A DNA stretch of 64,000 nt from Parachlamydiales bacterium (GTDB lineage Bacteria > Chlamydiota > Chlamydiia > Chlamydiales > SM23-39). Where the stretch lies: assembly GCA_016931275.1 (NCBI GenBank), contig JAFGFA010000014.1, forward strand, positions 11,954 to 75,953, given 5' to 3'. The notes beneath the pieces are model-generated. The model saw only the letters and a list, made by a program, of their open reading frames with translations, was not told where the DNA came from and ran no database searches. Positions 49,057-58,037 of this stretch are shown here, one piece after another (position 1 is the stretch's first letter; the number at the start of each line of letters is the position of its first letter). The translations under genes were made by a program, and so were the position numbers.

Positions 49057-49901
49057 ACAAAAAAATATTGCCGCATGAACTCCTATTTGGAGTGTTCATG
49101 CTATTGACTTATTTGCGATTAATCATCAAAACACATTTTAATAATCCTTATGCATTGACGTTATTAGCTTTCATCATACTGAATGTGATCTTGATTTTAA
49201 AAAAAGAAGGCAATCTAAGTTGGCGCTTCCGTCTTTCTTTCTATCCCCTTACGATGAATACCCTTTTTGTCCTATTGGGAAACATCGTACCTATTATTCA
49301 TCCACAAAAAGAAGATCTTTTCTTACAAAAAATAGATTCGTGGCTGATTGGTGGCAACTTATCATTAAAGATAGAATCTTTCATACATCCCCTTGTGACA
49401 GAAATTATGACTGTTGGGTATAGTTTTTTTTGGCTTTATATTCTTATTACTTTTTTTCATTATTTATTTTCTAAATTAGAAGTGGCTAAAAAATTCTATA
49501 TTGGTCTTTTTACTATCTATAGTATTGGTCTCATCTGCTACACATATGTCCCTGCAATTGGTCCCTATGTGGCTATGAGTGAACAATTTTCTGTTCCTCT
49601 AGAAGGATATTTTTTGACCAAATGGTTGCATTTTATCGTGCCGATTGGCACTAATGGCTGTGATGTGTTTCCCAGCCTTCACTGTGCTGTTTCTTCTTAT
49701 ATTCTTTTTTTCGATCGGGTTTATACTCCTAGAAGATATAGATGGTGTTTGCCTATTTGTATCTTGATATGGATTTCTACAATTTATTTGCGTTATCACT
49801 ACTTTATCGACCTTTTAGTTGGTTTTGCCTTGGTGCCCGTTGCTTTAAAATTAGCTTTTAAATATGAGGAGGAACAGAATGATCTACCTGTTAAAATTTA
49901 A
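49053..49901 (+). CDS. PAP2-superfamily membrane phosphotransferase, Aur1/IPC-synthase / sphingomyelin-synthase-like
   Basis: 282 aa polytopic. FPSLHCA (C2-like) and YLRYHYFIDLLVG (HxxxD C3-like), with no clear KxxxxxxRP C1 motif. ATGA overlap with the upstream gene. Confidence 0.68.
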   Translation: MNKKILPHELLFGVFMLLTYLRLIIKTHFNNPYALTLLAFIILNVILILKKEGNLSWRFRLSFYPLTMNTLFVLLGNIVPIIHPQKEDLFLQKIDSWLIGGNLSLKIESFIHPLVTEIMTVGYSFFWLYILITFFHYLFSKLEVAKKFYIGLFTIYSIGLICYTYVPAIGPYVAMSEQFSVPLEGYFLTKWLHFIVPIGTNGCDVFPSLHCAVSSYILFFDRVYTPRRYRWCLPICILIWISTIYLRYHYFIDLLVGFALVPVALKLAFKYEEEQNDLPVKI

Positions 49902-52353
49902 TGCTCTAGAAGCTCAAAACATTCAACTTTCCGGAGGAAAAGGCGCTAATCTAGCTAAGCTAAGTTCAGCCCATTTTCCGGTTCCATCAGGTTTTATTGT
50001 TTCTTCCAAAGCCTATCTTGATTTTGTTTCACAGGCAGTTAATGTAAATGTGAATTTCGATTCTATCCAACGGATAGAACAAGCGGAAAGTTGGCAAAAA
50101 TATTTACATACATTGCCTTTGCCGCGTGCTCTTATTACAGAAATTACCCGTTTTTTAGGTTCTTCCAATAAACGCTATGCTGTTAGGTCCTCTTCTACTA
50201 TGGAAGATCTATCTTCTGCGGCGTTTGCTGGACAGCATGATACTTTTTTAAATTGTTCCGGAGTAGAAGAGATTCTATTAAAAATCAAAGAGTGCTTTAT
50301 TTCTCTATGGAATGATCGAGCGATCCATTATCGTCAGCAGAAAGGTTTTGACCATCGTCAAGCTGCGATGGCCGTTGTGGTACAAGAAATGATTGATTGT
50401 GATGTTGCTGGTGTAGGCTTTTCTGTGAATCCGATTAATGGTGACCTCGATGAAATATTGATTGATGCAAATTATGGGCTTGGGGAAACAGTTGTCTCTG
50501 GAGAAGGGGAAATTGACCATATAGTTATTGATAAAAAATCTCTAAAGATAAAGGCCATTACCATAGGCAATAAGACGAAAAAAATGGTGAGCTCGACTCA
50601 AAATACACAACTCGTTGTTGTGGATAAGCCAAATGAGCTATGTTTGACAGAAGAAGATATTCAAAAACTTTCAAGTTTAATCCTACAGGTCGAAGAGTAT
50701 TATCGCTTTCCTCAAGATATTGAATGGGGAATTAAAGAAGGCAAAATTTATCTCTTACAGTCAAGAACCATCACAACGATCCCTCCTCATTGGACCCGAG
50801 ACGAGTCTGCAGAACGTTATCCTAATGTAGTGACGCCCTTGGCTTGGGATTTTATCGAAGAAGGTTTTCATGAATCTTTAACACATTCTTTTAATATGAT
50901 GGGATTTCCTATCTATACCGGAAAATGGTTTGCCCTTTTCGATCACTATGTTTATGGAAACCAAAATGCTGTCAAATTATATATGCACAATGCTGGATTT
51001 AACCTTAAAAATTTGGAGGAGGTACGCTCTCTTATACCCTACTTTCGTCAAAAGTATCAATGGGTACAGCAATTGCCCTATCAATGGATAAGGGATCTGG
51101 ATCATTATCTTCTCTCCATTGGTCAATTTATGAGTCAAAATTTAGATTGTAAAACTCCTAAGGAAATTTGGAGCTATATTAAAGAAATATCGGATCTTGG
51201 AAAATCTTACTTTCGACCCAATATCGCTATTTCTATTACACAAAGTTCTCTTTATAGGTTGCTATACAATCTCTTACTTTTGATTTTTCCTAAAGAGAAG
51301 AGCTTGCAGTTACTCGATGCTTTTACTTCTACCTGTGAAACAAAAACAGCTCAAATCAATAAAGAAATCTTCAATCTTACTCAAATAGTTGTTAGCAATA
51401 CACTACTAAACGACTTGTTACAGAAATATGATTCTAAAGAGATCCTTACTAAAAATATGCTCTCACCATTTCCTGAATTTATACAGGATTTCAATCGCTT
51501 TTTACACTCTCATGGACATCGTGAGCACGATATTGATCCTTATCACCCTCTATGGATTGAAACACCCTGGATACTTTTAGATACAATCAAACTTGCGTTA
51601 CAAAATCATCAAAATAAAACTCCTTTAGAACAGGAAAGGGAAAATAAAATTAAGGCTTTTGATGCAGAACAAGAACTCTTTGCTCAATTACCCGAAGATC
51701 TGCATTTTTTCTTTTCCGAAATCATTCGGCTTTTGAAAGTTTATACTATGCTGGATGATGTCGAGCATTATCAAACAACCCGTCTCTCTATGCCGTTGCG
51801 TAAAGGGTTAAAAGCGTTAGGAAAGGTGCTCCAAGAAAGGAACCTTTTGAAAGAACCCTTGGACCTCTTTTTTTCTACCAAAAAAGAACTTGCAGATGCG
51901 ATTGAAAATGAAACTTGGCAGAAATATACAGAAATTATTGAACAAAACAAGAGTGAGTATTTAAAACGAAAAGAGATAATGCCATCCTGGGTTTATGGTG
52001 AAGAAGATACCTTTGCAGAAACGGATCAGGAACACTTGTCAGGCATTCCTGGAAGTCCCGGACAAGTTGAAGGATCGGTCTTTATTGTAAAATCACTAGA
52101 TGATTTTGCCAAAGTACCTAAAGGGGCTGTTCTTGTTGCCAAAACGACTAATCCCTCCTGGACTTCTCTTTTTTACACAGCCTCAGCAATTATTACCGAG
52201 TCAGGAGGTCCTCTTTCTCATGGAGCTGTCACAGCAAGAGAAATGGGCATTCCTGCTGTTATGGCTGTAAAAAAGATCATGAACAAGGTTGCAAATGGCC
52301 AAAAAGTCCTAGTAAATGGAAACACAGGTAAAGTGTATTTAATAGAAAAATAA
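49879..52353 (+). CDS. PEP-utilising enzyme: PPDK_N ATP-grasp + central domain + swivel phosphohistidine domain, no TIM-barrel (rifampin-phosphotransferase-like architecture)
   Basis: ATG 49879 after GAGGAGG (the track starts at 49864). N-terminus LSGGKGANLAKLS..FPVPSGFIV, and C-terminus AKTTNPSWTSLFYTASAIITESGGPLSHGAVTAREMGIPAV. The 5' end overlaps the PAP2 gene. Confidence 0.85.
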   Translation: MIYLLKFNALEAQNIQLSGGKGANLAKLSSAHFPVPSGFIVSSKAYLDFVSQAVNVNVNFDSIQRIEQAESWQKYLHTLPLPRALITEITRFLGSSNKRYAVRSSSTMEDLSSAAFAGQHDTFLNCSGVEEILLKIKECFISLWNDRAIHYRQQKGFDHRQAAMAVVVQEMIDCDVAGVGFSVNPINGDLDEILIDANYGLGETVVSGEGEIDHIVIDKKSLKIKAITIGNKTKKMVSSTQNTQLVVVDKPNELCLTEEDIQKLSSLILQVEEYYRFPQDIEWGIKEGKIYLLQSRTITTIPPHWTRDESAERYPNVVTPLAWDFIEEGFHESLTHSFNMMGFPIYTGKWFALFDHYVYGNQNAVKLYMHNAGFNLKNLEEVRSLIPYFRQKYQWVQQLPYQWIRDLDHYLLSIGQFMSQNLDCKTPKEIWSYIKEISDLGKSYFRPNIAISITQSSLYRLLYNLLLLIFPKEKSLQLLDAFTSTCETKTAQINKEIFNLTQIVVSNTLLNDLLQKYDSKEILTKNMLSPFPEFIQDFNRFLHSHGHREHDIDPYHPLWIETPWILLDTIKLALQNHQNKTPLEQERENKIKAFDAEQELFAQLPEDLHFFFSEIIRLLKVYTMLDDVEHYQTTRLSMPLRKGLKALGKVLQERNLLKEPLDLFFSTKKELADAIENETWQKYTEIIEQNKSEYLKRKEIMPSWVYGEEDTFAETDQEHLSGIPGSPGQVEGSVFIVKSLDDFAKVPKGAVLVAKTTNPSWTSLFYTASAIITESGGPLSHGAVTAREMGIPAVMAVKKIMNKVANGQKVLVNGNTGKVYLIEK

Positions 52354-52517
52354 TTGGACGTCCTCTTTCAAAACCGATCTAGAAATCTTTTATGCTCATA
52401 TTATCTAAATAATCTACAATAACATTAGGATCTGTTTTTACAGCATCTTCGTGCATAACTTTATCGGTTTCATCAAGAATGCAGAACAATCTTTTTATTA
52501 CATCGTAATCATGGCAT

Positions 52518-52540
52518 GTTCTGAACGCGTCCAACCACCT
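52518..52540. repeat. dispersed 23-nt motif GTTCTGAACGCGTCCAACCACCT, copy 1
   Basis: 22/23 identical to 56972-56994. A degenerate copy lies at 57970-57989, and a 13-nt core TGAACGCGTCCAA also occurs inside abiEii at 44684-44696. Confidence 0.55.
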
Positions 52541-52602
52541 CTAAAACGACAAAGTCAAGATGATTCTTAACTTTTTTTTATTTCAAAATTCCCATATGAT
52601 TT

Positions 52603-52953
52603 TCAATATAAAAACAGCTTCTTCAATCTTTCGTATGACAGAAGTTGATATACAAATCTTATAGTCCAAGCACAGGAAATTGCTGCATCAGAATAAACAA
52701 AAGGTCTGCCAATATGCTCTCTATTTTTAGAAGAAAGCCACTGTTTTATAGCATCTTCGAAGAACCAAAAAGTAATACTTCCCCGATTTATCAAAGATTT
52801 GTTATATTGATTCCAGTTATCATTTTGGTAATGTTTCATAAGACACCTTGGGTTTTGTCGCTTTAAGATGTCTATTTTATTTTCTAGAGATGTTCTTGTA
52901 ACAATATTTTTTGAAAATGTTCTTTGGTGATTAAGGACTTATGCAACAAAGCC
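52603..52953 (-). mobile_element. IS5-family, IS903-group remnant (terminal inverted repeat + first ~78 transposase codons)
   Basis: ORF 52603-52839, NWNQYNKSLINRGSITFWFFEDAIKQWL...GRPFVYSDAAISCAWTIRFVYQL, parallels the IS903 Tnp N-terminus. The minus-strand end GGCTTTGTTGCATAAGTCC (52953-52935) matches the remembered IS903 IR GGCTTTGTTGAATAAATCG at 16/19. Confidence 0.75.
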
Positions 52954-53268
52954 CTCCAAATCATTCCTCTTAATAAAAATTTTATTAGGATATTTCAATT
53001 TGGGTAATTTAGGATATCTCTACTTCAAAGAATTAGAACATTTTCATTTTGAAGCTACACTCATATAATTTTTGTTTATTTAAAAAAGAAAATTTTTTAT
53101 ATTTAATACTTTAAAAAAGGAGATTATATTTCTCAACGAATCCACGCATCCATAAAGCATGACCGAAAACCACGTCAGACCTTCCATGCTCAAGATTCAA
53201 TAAGCCCCTTAAGAGTAACTCAAAGAGCCAAAGAATCTAATACTGTAAAAAAGATAATTTTTATTTCT

Positions 53269-54225
53269 TTGATCATCTTGTTTGTTTTCTTCGGTGTTTA
53301 TTACCACCAAGGAAAATCTTCTTCTTACATGAGAGAATTTGATAGAGATTGCGTTGAGGCGAACATGGCTCAGTATGATACTATCCCTGGTTCCAGATGT
53401 GTTGACATAGAAATTCGTCATAATCGTAATGGTGGGATGGTTTGTGCCAGACCCGAGGATTTACCAGATGTTTTATCATTATTGTCCCAAACTGCTACTA
53501 GTCTCACAGTATGCTCGAACAGTGATGATTGTTCGGATGAGTACTTAGTTGCACGAATTGGCGATTATCCGATCACGTGTAGATATCCCCCTCATCGTTC
53601 GCCATGGTCGTATTTCAAAGCAAGTAATCTTGTGCGCCATATAAAAAATGAAGATCTATTGCTTTCTCAGCTGCAAAAAGCCCATGATGCCTTAATGCAC
53701 CAAGATCCACCAAATTGCCGAAGGCTTAATCAAGCAGGACAATTTAGAAATAGTAGAACTATGGTTTTTCAAAAAAATATAACGAATTGGCAAGATGTGT
53801 TTGAAAAGCTCCGTGAAGAAAATACTCTGCTCTTTAAACAAATATCCCAAGATCCAAGTATTATAATGACGGATCAAACGATACAATCGCAACTTAGACC
53901 TTATATAGAATTTACTCCTAGTCCTGAAAAAATCATTCCTATGCTTCGAAAAGCGTTTCGTGAAGCGTATAATACTACTGATCCCTTTAAAACCGCAGCG
54001 CAACTCCATAGGGCAATAGCGAATGTTCATCCTTTTAACGATGGTAACGGACGTATTGCCAGAATGGTCACGAGTGCATTTTTACTAGATAGAGGATTGT
54101 GGCCCTTTGTAAGCACTGATCGAAATGGTTATCAAAAAGCTATTGAAAGCGATACATTTGAAGAATTTTTACGAAGATCTACTAGTAAGCCACAATGGTT
54201 GGAAGAGTGCCGTCGAAATATCTAA
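53269..54225 (+). CDS. Fic-domain protein (candidate AMPylase/effector) with N-terminal TM helix
   Basis: Canonical motif HPFNDGNGRIARM. TTG start at 53269 inside a hydrophobic helix (IIFISLIILFVFFGVYY). The frame is open upstream to 53107, with AAGGAG at 53117-53122 followed by an in-frame ATT at 53128. Confidence 0.85.
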   Translation: MIILFVFFGVYYHQGKSSSYMREFDRDCVEANMAQYDTIPGSRCVDIEIRHNRNGGMVCARPEDLPDVLSLLSQTATSLTVCSNSDDCSDEYLVARIGDYPITCRYPPHRSPWSYFKASNLVRHIKNEDLLLSQLQKAHDALMHQDPPNCRRLNQAGQFRNSRTMVFQKNITNWQDVFEKLREENTLLFKQISQDPSIIMTDQTIQSQLRPYIEFTPSPEKIIPMLRKAFREAYNTTDPFKTAAQLHRAIANVHPFNDGNGRIARMVTSAFLLDRGLWPFVSTDRNGYQKAIESDTFEEFLRRSTSKPQWLEECRRNI

Positions 54226-54275
54226 GTTAACAATTTTTGCTTTATAGGGTAATGGTCTTAATTTTGGGGTCCACC

Positions 54276-54404
54276 TTACTCTTTTTTTAATTCATAATCA
54301 GTATGCATTGCAAGATCTTCGGGAGCATTTCTTTCCCATCTACAAATATCGCCAAACACTTTTCCCATTCTGACAACCATTTCAGAAAGAACTAACTTTT
54401 GGTC
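54276..54404 (-). pseudogene. MazG-like gene fragment (codons ~16-57), duplicate of 58038-58325
   Basis: About 127 bp at roughly 90 percent identity by eye to 58155-58281. It translates DQKLVLSEMVVRMGKVFGDICRWERNAPEDLAMHTDYELKKE*. Confidence 0.7.
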
Positions 54405-54407
54405 ATG

Positions 54408-54565
54408 TAGTGCTCCCCTTTAGACCGGTCCGGGTAATTTGCTCCTAAGCAATAGGAATACGACTGGTTTTATGACTATAAACAAATCAAAAACAGAGAT
54501 CATTACCTTGGATAAATATCGCTATCTTTGGCCTTTAATGGACAGAACCGTCCTCTCTTTCTATA
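54408..54565. repeat. repeat R, copy A (~158 bp direct repeat of 59136-59299)
   Basis: Manual alignment gives long identical blocks, e.g. AAATCAAAAACAGAGATCATTACCTTGGAT and TCCTCTCTTTCTATA, at roughly 75-80 percent identity. Confidence 0.75.
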
Positions 54566-54723
54566 GATAACTTCGTCTAGGAAATTTTTAGAAAAATGTA
54601 GACGATTAAGCAAATATTAGAAACTAATGAAAAAGATTGTTTTTTCTATATTCTGAATATGATCTGGTTAAAGCTTCAAAGATTGATGAGAGATGTTAAT
54701 TCAGAGGAAGTCTTTAAAACTGA

Positions 54724-55446
54724 TTATTTATATGAATAATCTTTCTCGATTTCCTCAAACATCTCAGAATAAATAATAGAACCGGAATAAATTTTAATTT
54801 TATCTGTTAAATCTTTTTTCATCATTCCCTGTTGATTAAGATCTGCGTTAACAATAATCAAAATAAAATCTAATGCAGGAAAATAATTTTTCAAAGTGTC
54901 ATACAAAAGATAAGAGTATTCCTTATTGATCGACAAATTATCTTGATTGCGAAATCTATAATTTTCATGCATAGATAAAGACCAAGAATGTCTAATAAAG
55001 CAAACCCTGCCCTGATATTGTTTTAAATCGCGAAATCTTTGAATACGACGCGTATATTTTTCCTGGAGCTGTCTCATTGGCTTAAAAACAGGCGATTGAA
55101 AAGAATTTTCTTCATGAGAAAACTCCAAGTGATAATAATCATGCATCAAAATACCATTACTAAAATATGGCTTTAAAAACCTTTCATCTAAAAAATATTC
55201 AAAATCATCCTTCAAAATATCAATGAATTTCATTCCATCTATGCTAAGCATCCAATCAAAAGGATAAGCTGCTTGTCTCAAATTATATTTTCTCAGTTCT
55301 GAAGCTGGTGTACAAATCGATCCCAAACTAATGAACAGCACGTTATCGACACGATTATTCTCTACGATTGTTTCATTAGAAGCTAAAAACCCCCAAACAG
55401 AAACTCCTAAAATTACAGAAAGAAAAAAACTTTTATATTGAAACAT
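54724..55446 (-). CDS. DUF1796-like protein (putative papain-like fold), paralog A, signal/TM N-terminus
   Basis: 240 aa. FISLGSICTPASELRKYNLRQAAYPFDWMLS is the pattern I associate with Pfam DUF1796. Paralogous to 57124-57909. Confidence 0.62.
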   Translation of the reverse strand: MFQYKSFFLSVILGVSVWGFLASNETIVENNRVDNVLFISLGSICTPASELRKYNLRQAAYPFDWMLSIDGMKFIDILKDDFEYFLDERFLKPYFSNGILMHDYYHLEFSHEENSFQSPVFKPMRQLQEKYTRRIQRFRDLKQYQGRVCFIRHSWSLSMHENYRFRNQDNLSINKEYSYLLYDTLKNYFPALDFILIIVNADLNQQGMMKKDLTDKIKIYSGSIIYSEMFEEIEKDYSYK

Positions 55447-55659
55447 ATATTAAAAAATTTTTGATATAAAGATATTCCTATTCAGAATTTTCAGCAACAG
55501 GTCCAACTAATTGACCTTGCCCCCATCTTTAGTCCATTAGAAAATAGAGATTCCTGTTAATATTGATAGAAATAAGGACTGGTTTCCCGAAGATTCATAA
55601 AAAGGCATTTCAACCAGCTATAGTTAATATTTGACAACTTTTTATAGTATTCAAAATTA

Positions 55660-55985
55660 TCATAATAAGTTTCTTATGTTTTTGGGGAGCAGGTCAGTCA
55701 AAAAATATTCCAACCAAGACTGTAAATCATGTTTACCTTCATGCCATTTATGAGAAGATTTTTGTAAAGCGGAATAATATTCATCTTTTGTCTGTTCTAT
55801 TATTTTTTCAATACTTATGTATTGTCCTACAGAATAATCAGAATGGTAAAGTAATATTAATGTTAATAATCTAGAGATTCTTCCATTTCCATCTAAAAAG
55901 GGATGGATACAATCTTGTAAAAATAGATCTTACTTTTTCCGCAGTTTCAGTCTTTGCCTGTTCAAGGCCAATGGCTCTAAAAAAT
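55660..55985 (-). pseudogene. Fic-domain gene remnant (frameshifted, 5'-truncated)
   Basis: Own translation of the minus strand gives DLFLQDCIHPFLDGNGRISRLLTLILLYHSDYSVGQYISIEKIIEQTKDEYYSALQKSSHKWHEGKHDLQSWLEYFLTDLLPKNIRNLL*. A TAA lies just upstream, and the upstream segment (AIGLEQAKTETAEKVRSIF) is in another frame. Not in the ORF track. Confidence 0.7.
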
Positions 55986-56114
55986 AAAAGTTAGAATTTA
56001 TCCAGACTTTTTTATTATTATTAACAAATTAAACTCACCACATCACCTTCGAGCTAAATACAAATGCAAAACATTGCTCTAATTCAATCAAGAAAATAAT
56101 CAGATCTTTTGATA

Positions 56115-56774
56115 CTATTGACCAAACTTTTGTTCTAAATATGCTTGATGCTCAAGATCTGTTTTTTGTGTTAGTTTTAAACGCATATACTCTAACCGTC
56201 CAACACAAAACTGAATGCGATTTAAAGTTAAAACATCATCTGAATACTTCTCTATCGTAGGAATTAATTCCTCTAAATAACACACGTTATCAATTTTGGA
56301 AGTTTTAAATATAGATTCACCACTAAAAACAACGATATTATGGATAAGACGTGGTTCTAAAAACTCAAAAATACGTTGTACTTCTTTTACATGTTTATAA
56401 TTCTGAAATAGCGGATTTTGAAACAAATATTTATTTGTATAGATGATTTGAGCCCACGCTTTTGCTCTGGCATTGCCAAATATCCATCCCTTATAATGTT
56501 TGGTTTCGATTACGAATATACCTTTTGTGCTAACCAAAACATGATCAATCTGGGTAGTGGAACCATCTTCTAAACGTAAAGTAATGCAATTCAATAGATG
56601 AGCATCTTTATTTTCACAGTACTTTTCTAATAAATTTCTAACCAAAACCTCCCCGCTATTTTCAAGCCTCCATCTCCGATAAATTCCAATAATATATCCA
56701 AATCCCCCCCCTATAACAAGGGGTATCAATAAATAAATAACATCAAAATTACTTTTGCATAAACTTTCAAACAT
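56115..56774 (-). CDS. NERD-domain protein with N-terminal TM helix
   Basis: 219 aa. GEVLVRNLLEKY...QIDHVLVSTKGIFVIETKHYKGWIFG is typical of the nuclease-related domain (NERD). TM segment VIYLLIPLVIGGGFGYIIGIY. Confidence 0.8.
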   Translation of the reverse strand: MFESLCKSNFDVIYLLIPLVIGGGFGYIIGIYRRWRLENSGEVLVRNLLEKYCENKDAHLLNCITLRLEDGSTTQIDHVLVSTKGIFVIETKHYKGWIFGNARAKAWAQIIYTNKYLFQNPLFQNYKHVKEVQRIFEFLEPRLIHNIVVFSGESIFKTSKIDNVCYLEELIPTIEKYSDDVLTLNRIQFCVGRLEYMRLKLTQKTDLEHQAYLEQKFGQ

Positions 56775-56971
56775 TTTTATACAGCGTTGTTTTATAAATA
56801 GTTAAATTATAATAAAGCTTTTGTTAAAAGTAAACATATAATAATAATCTGTTACTTTAACATTCAATGAACCCCCTCTAATCCTTTAGCAAGGTGTATT
56901 CCCTTTAGGCCGATGACTGCATTATAACCTGAAATTTCTGAAGAGTTTAACGAATTTGCATCCAATCAAAA

Positions 56972-56994
56972 GTTCTGAACGCGTCTAACCACCT
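56972..56994. repeat. dispersed 23-nt motif, copy 2
   Basis: GTTCTGAACGCGTCTAACCACCT, in the intergenic region between NERD and DUF1796-B. Confidence 0.55.
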
Positions 56995-57123
56995 TCCAAT
57001 ATAATCTGGGACAACTATCCGCAAAACAAATGCCTAAGAATTAACCATTTTATTTCTCTTACTGAGATCTATTATTCAGAAAAATTTATCCTGACCGCAG
57101 AGATCATGCATCATTAATCTGTT

Positions 57124-57909
57124 TTATAGATTATTAGAAATCAACTTAGAGTAAAAATCCTTATAAGAATCTATTTGTTCATCTATTCTAACCATTAAAA
57201 TATGATCAAAAAATTGTTCTTCTATTGAAAACCCTGATTTGTCATGACCATTCATAATAATCAATTGAAAATCTAAATTAGAAAAATACCTTCTAAGCGT
57301 TATATAAAGTTTTTCCGCATATTCAGGAGTAATATCAATATTCTCCTTAACTTTCCATATACGATTAGGATCAGAAAGCGAATATGGATATGCTGTTCTA
57401 ACAAAAAATACTTTCCCAGAATAGTTAGCAAGTTGCCTAAAACGATCAATTCTCCTCTGACATTTTGTTATAAAGCCTTCTATAGCATAAGCAGCATCTT
57501 GCCAATCCCCTTCATTAGGGAATTCCAAACAATAGTAATCATTCAATAGTGTTTGTCCTGCGATTCTTAAGACATTGGGATTCAAAAAATAAAGAAAATC
57601 ATCCTTAATAATTTCTATCAGTTTTTCGCCATCAAAAGAAACGATCCAATCAAAAGGAAAGGCAGCTTTTCTGATTCCGCATTCCCTATGCATAAGAGCT
57701 GTTTTGCAAACAGATCCCAAGCTAACAAATAGAGGTTCTTGATGCAATTGCTGTTCAATATTTCCTCCCAGATCAGAATCTTTCGTATCGCCAGCATGCG
57801 ACGGAAATAAATAAAACAATGGAATGATAAAAATGAAAAACTTCAGAAAGATCTTCTTAATTATTAACTTCATCAAATCTGAAACCATACAATAATAAGA
57901 CCTGGTCAT
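57124..57909 (-). CDS. DUF1796-like protein, paralog B, signal/TM N-terminus
   Basis: 261 aa. LFVSLGSVCKTALMHRECGIRKAAFPFDWIVS, and RRIDRFRQL aligns with RRIQRFRDL of paralog A. The likely start is MKLIIKK at 57873. Confidence 0.62.
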   Translation of the reverse strand: MTRSYYCMVSDLMKLIIKKIFLKFFIFIIPLFYLFPSHAGDTKDSDLGGNIEQQLHQEPLFVSLGSVCKTALMHRECGIRKAAFPFDWIVSFDGEKLIEIIKDDFLYFLNPNVLRIAGQTLLNDYYCLEFPNEGDWQDAAYAIEGFITKCQRRIDRFRQLANYSGKVFFVRTAYPYSLSDPNRIWKVKENIDITPEYAEKLYITLRRYFSNLDFQLIIMNGHDKSGFSIEEQFFDHILMVRIDEQIDSYKDFYSKLISNNL

Positions 57910-58037
57910 GAAGTAATCTCTAACTTCCTAAAAAGGCTAAAATAATTTTGATTTTTATCCAATTTAAAATTCCGAACGCATACTACCCTATAAGAGGATT
58001 ATTTATGATTAGGGTCAGAACCACTCTATCAACAATC

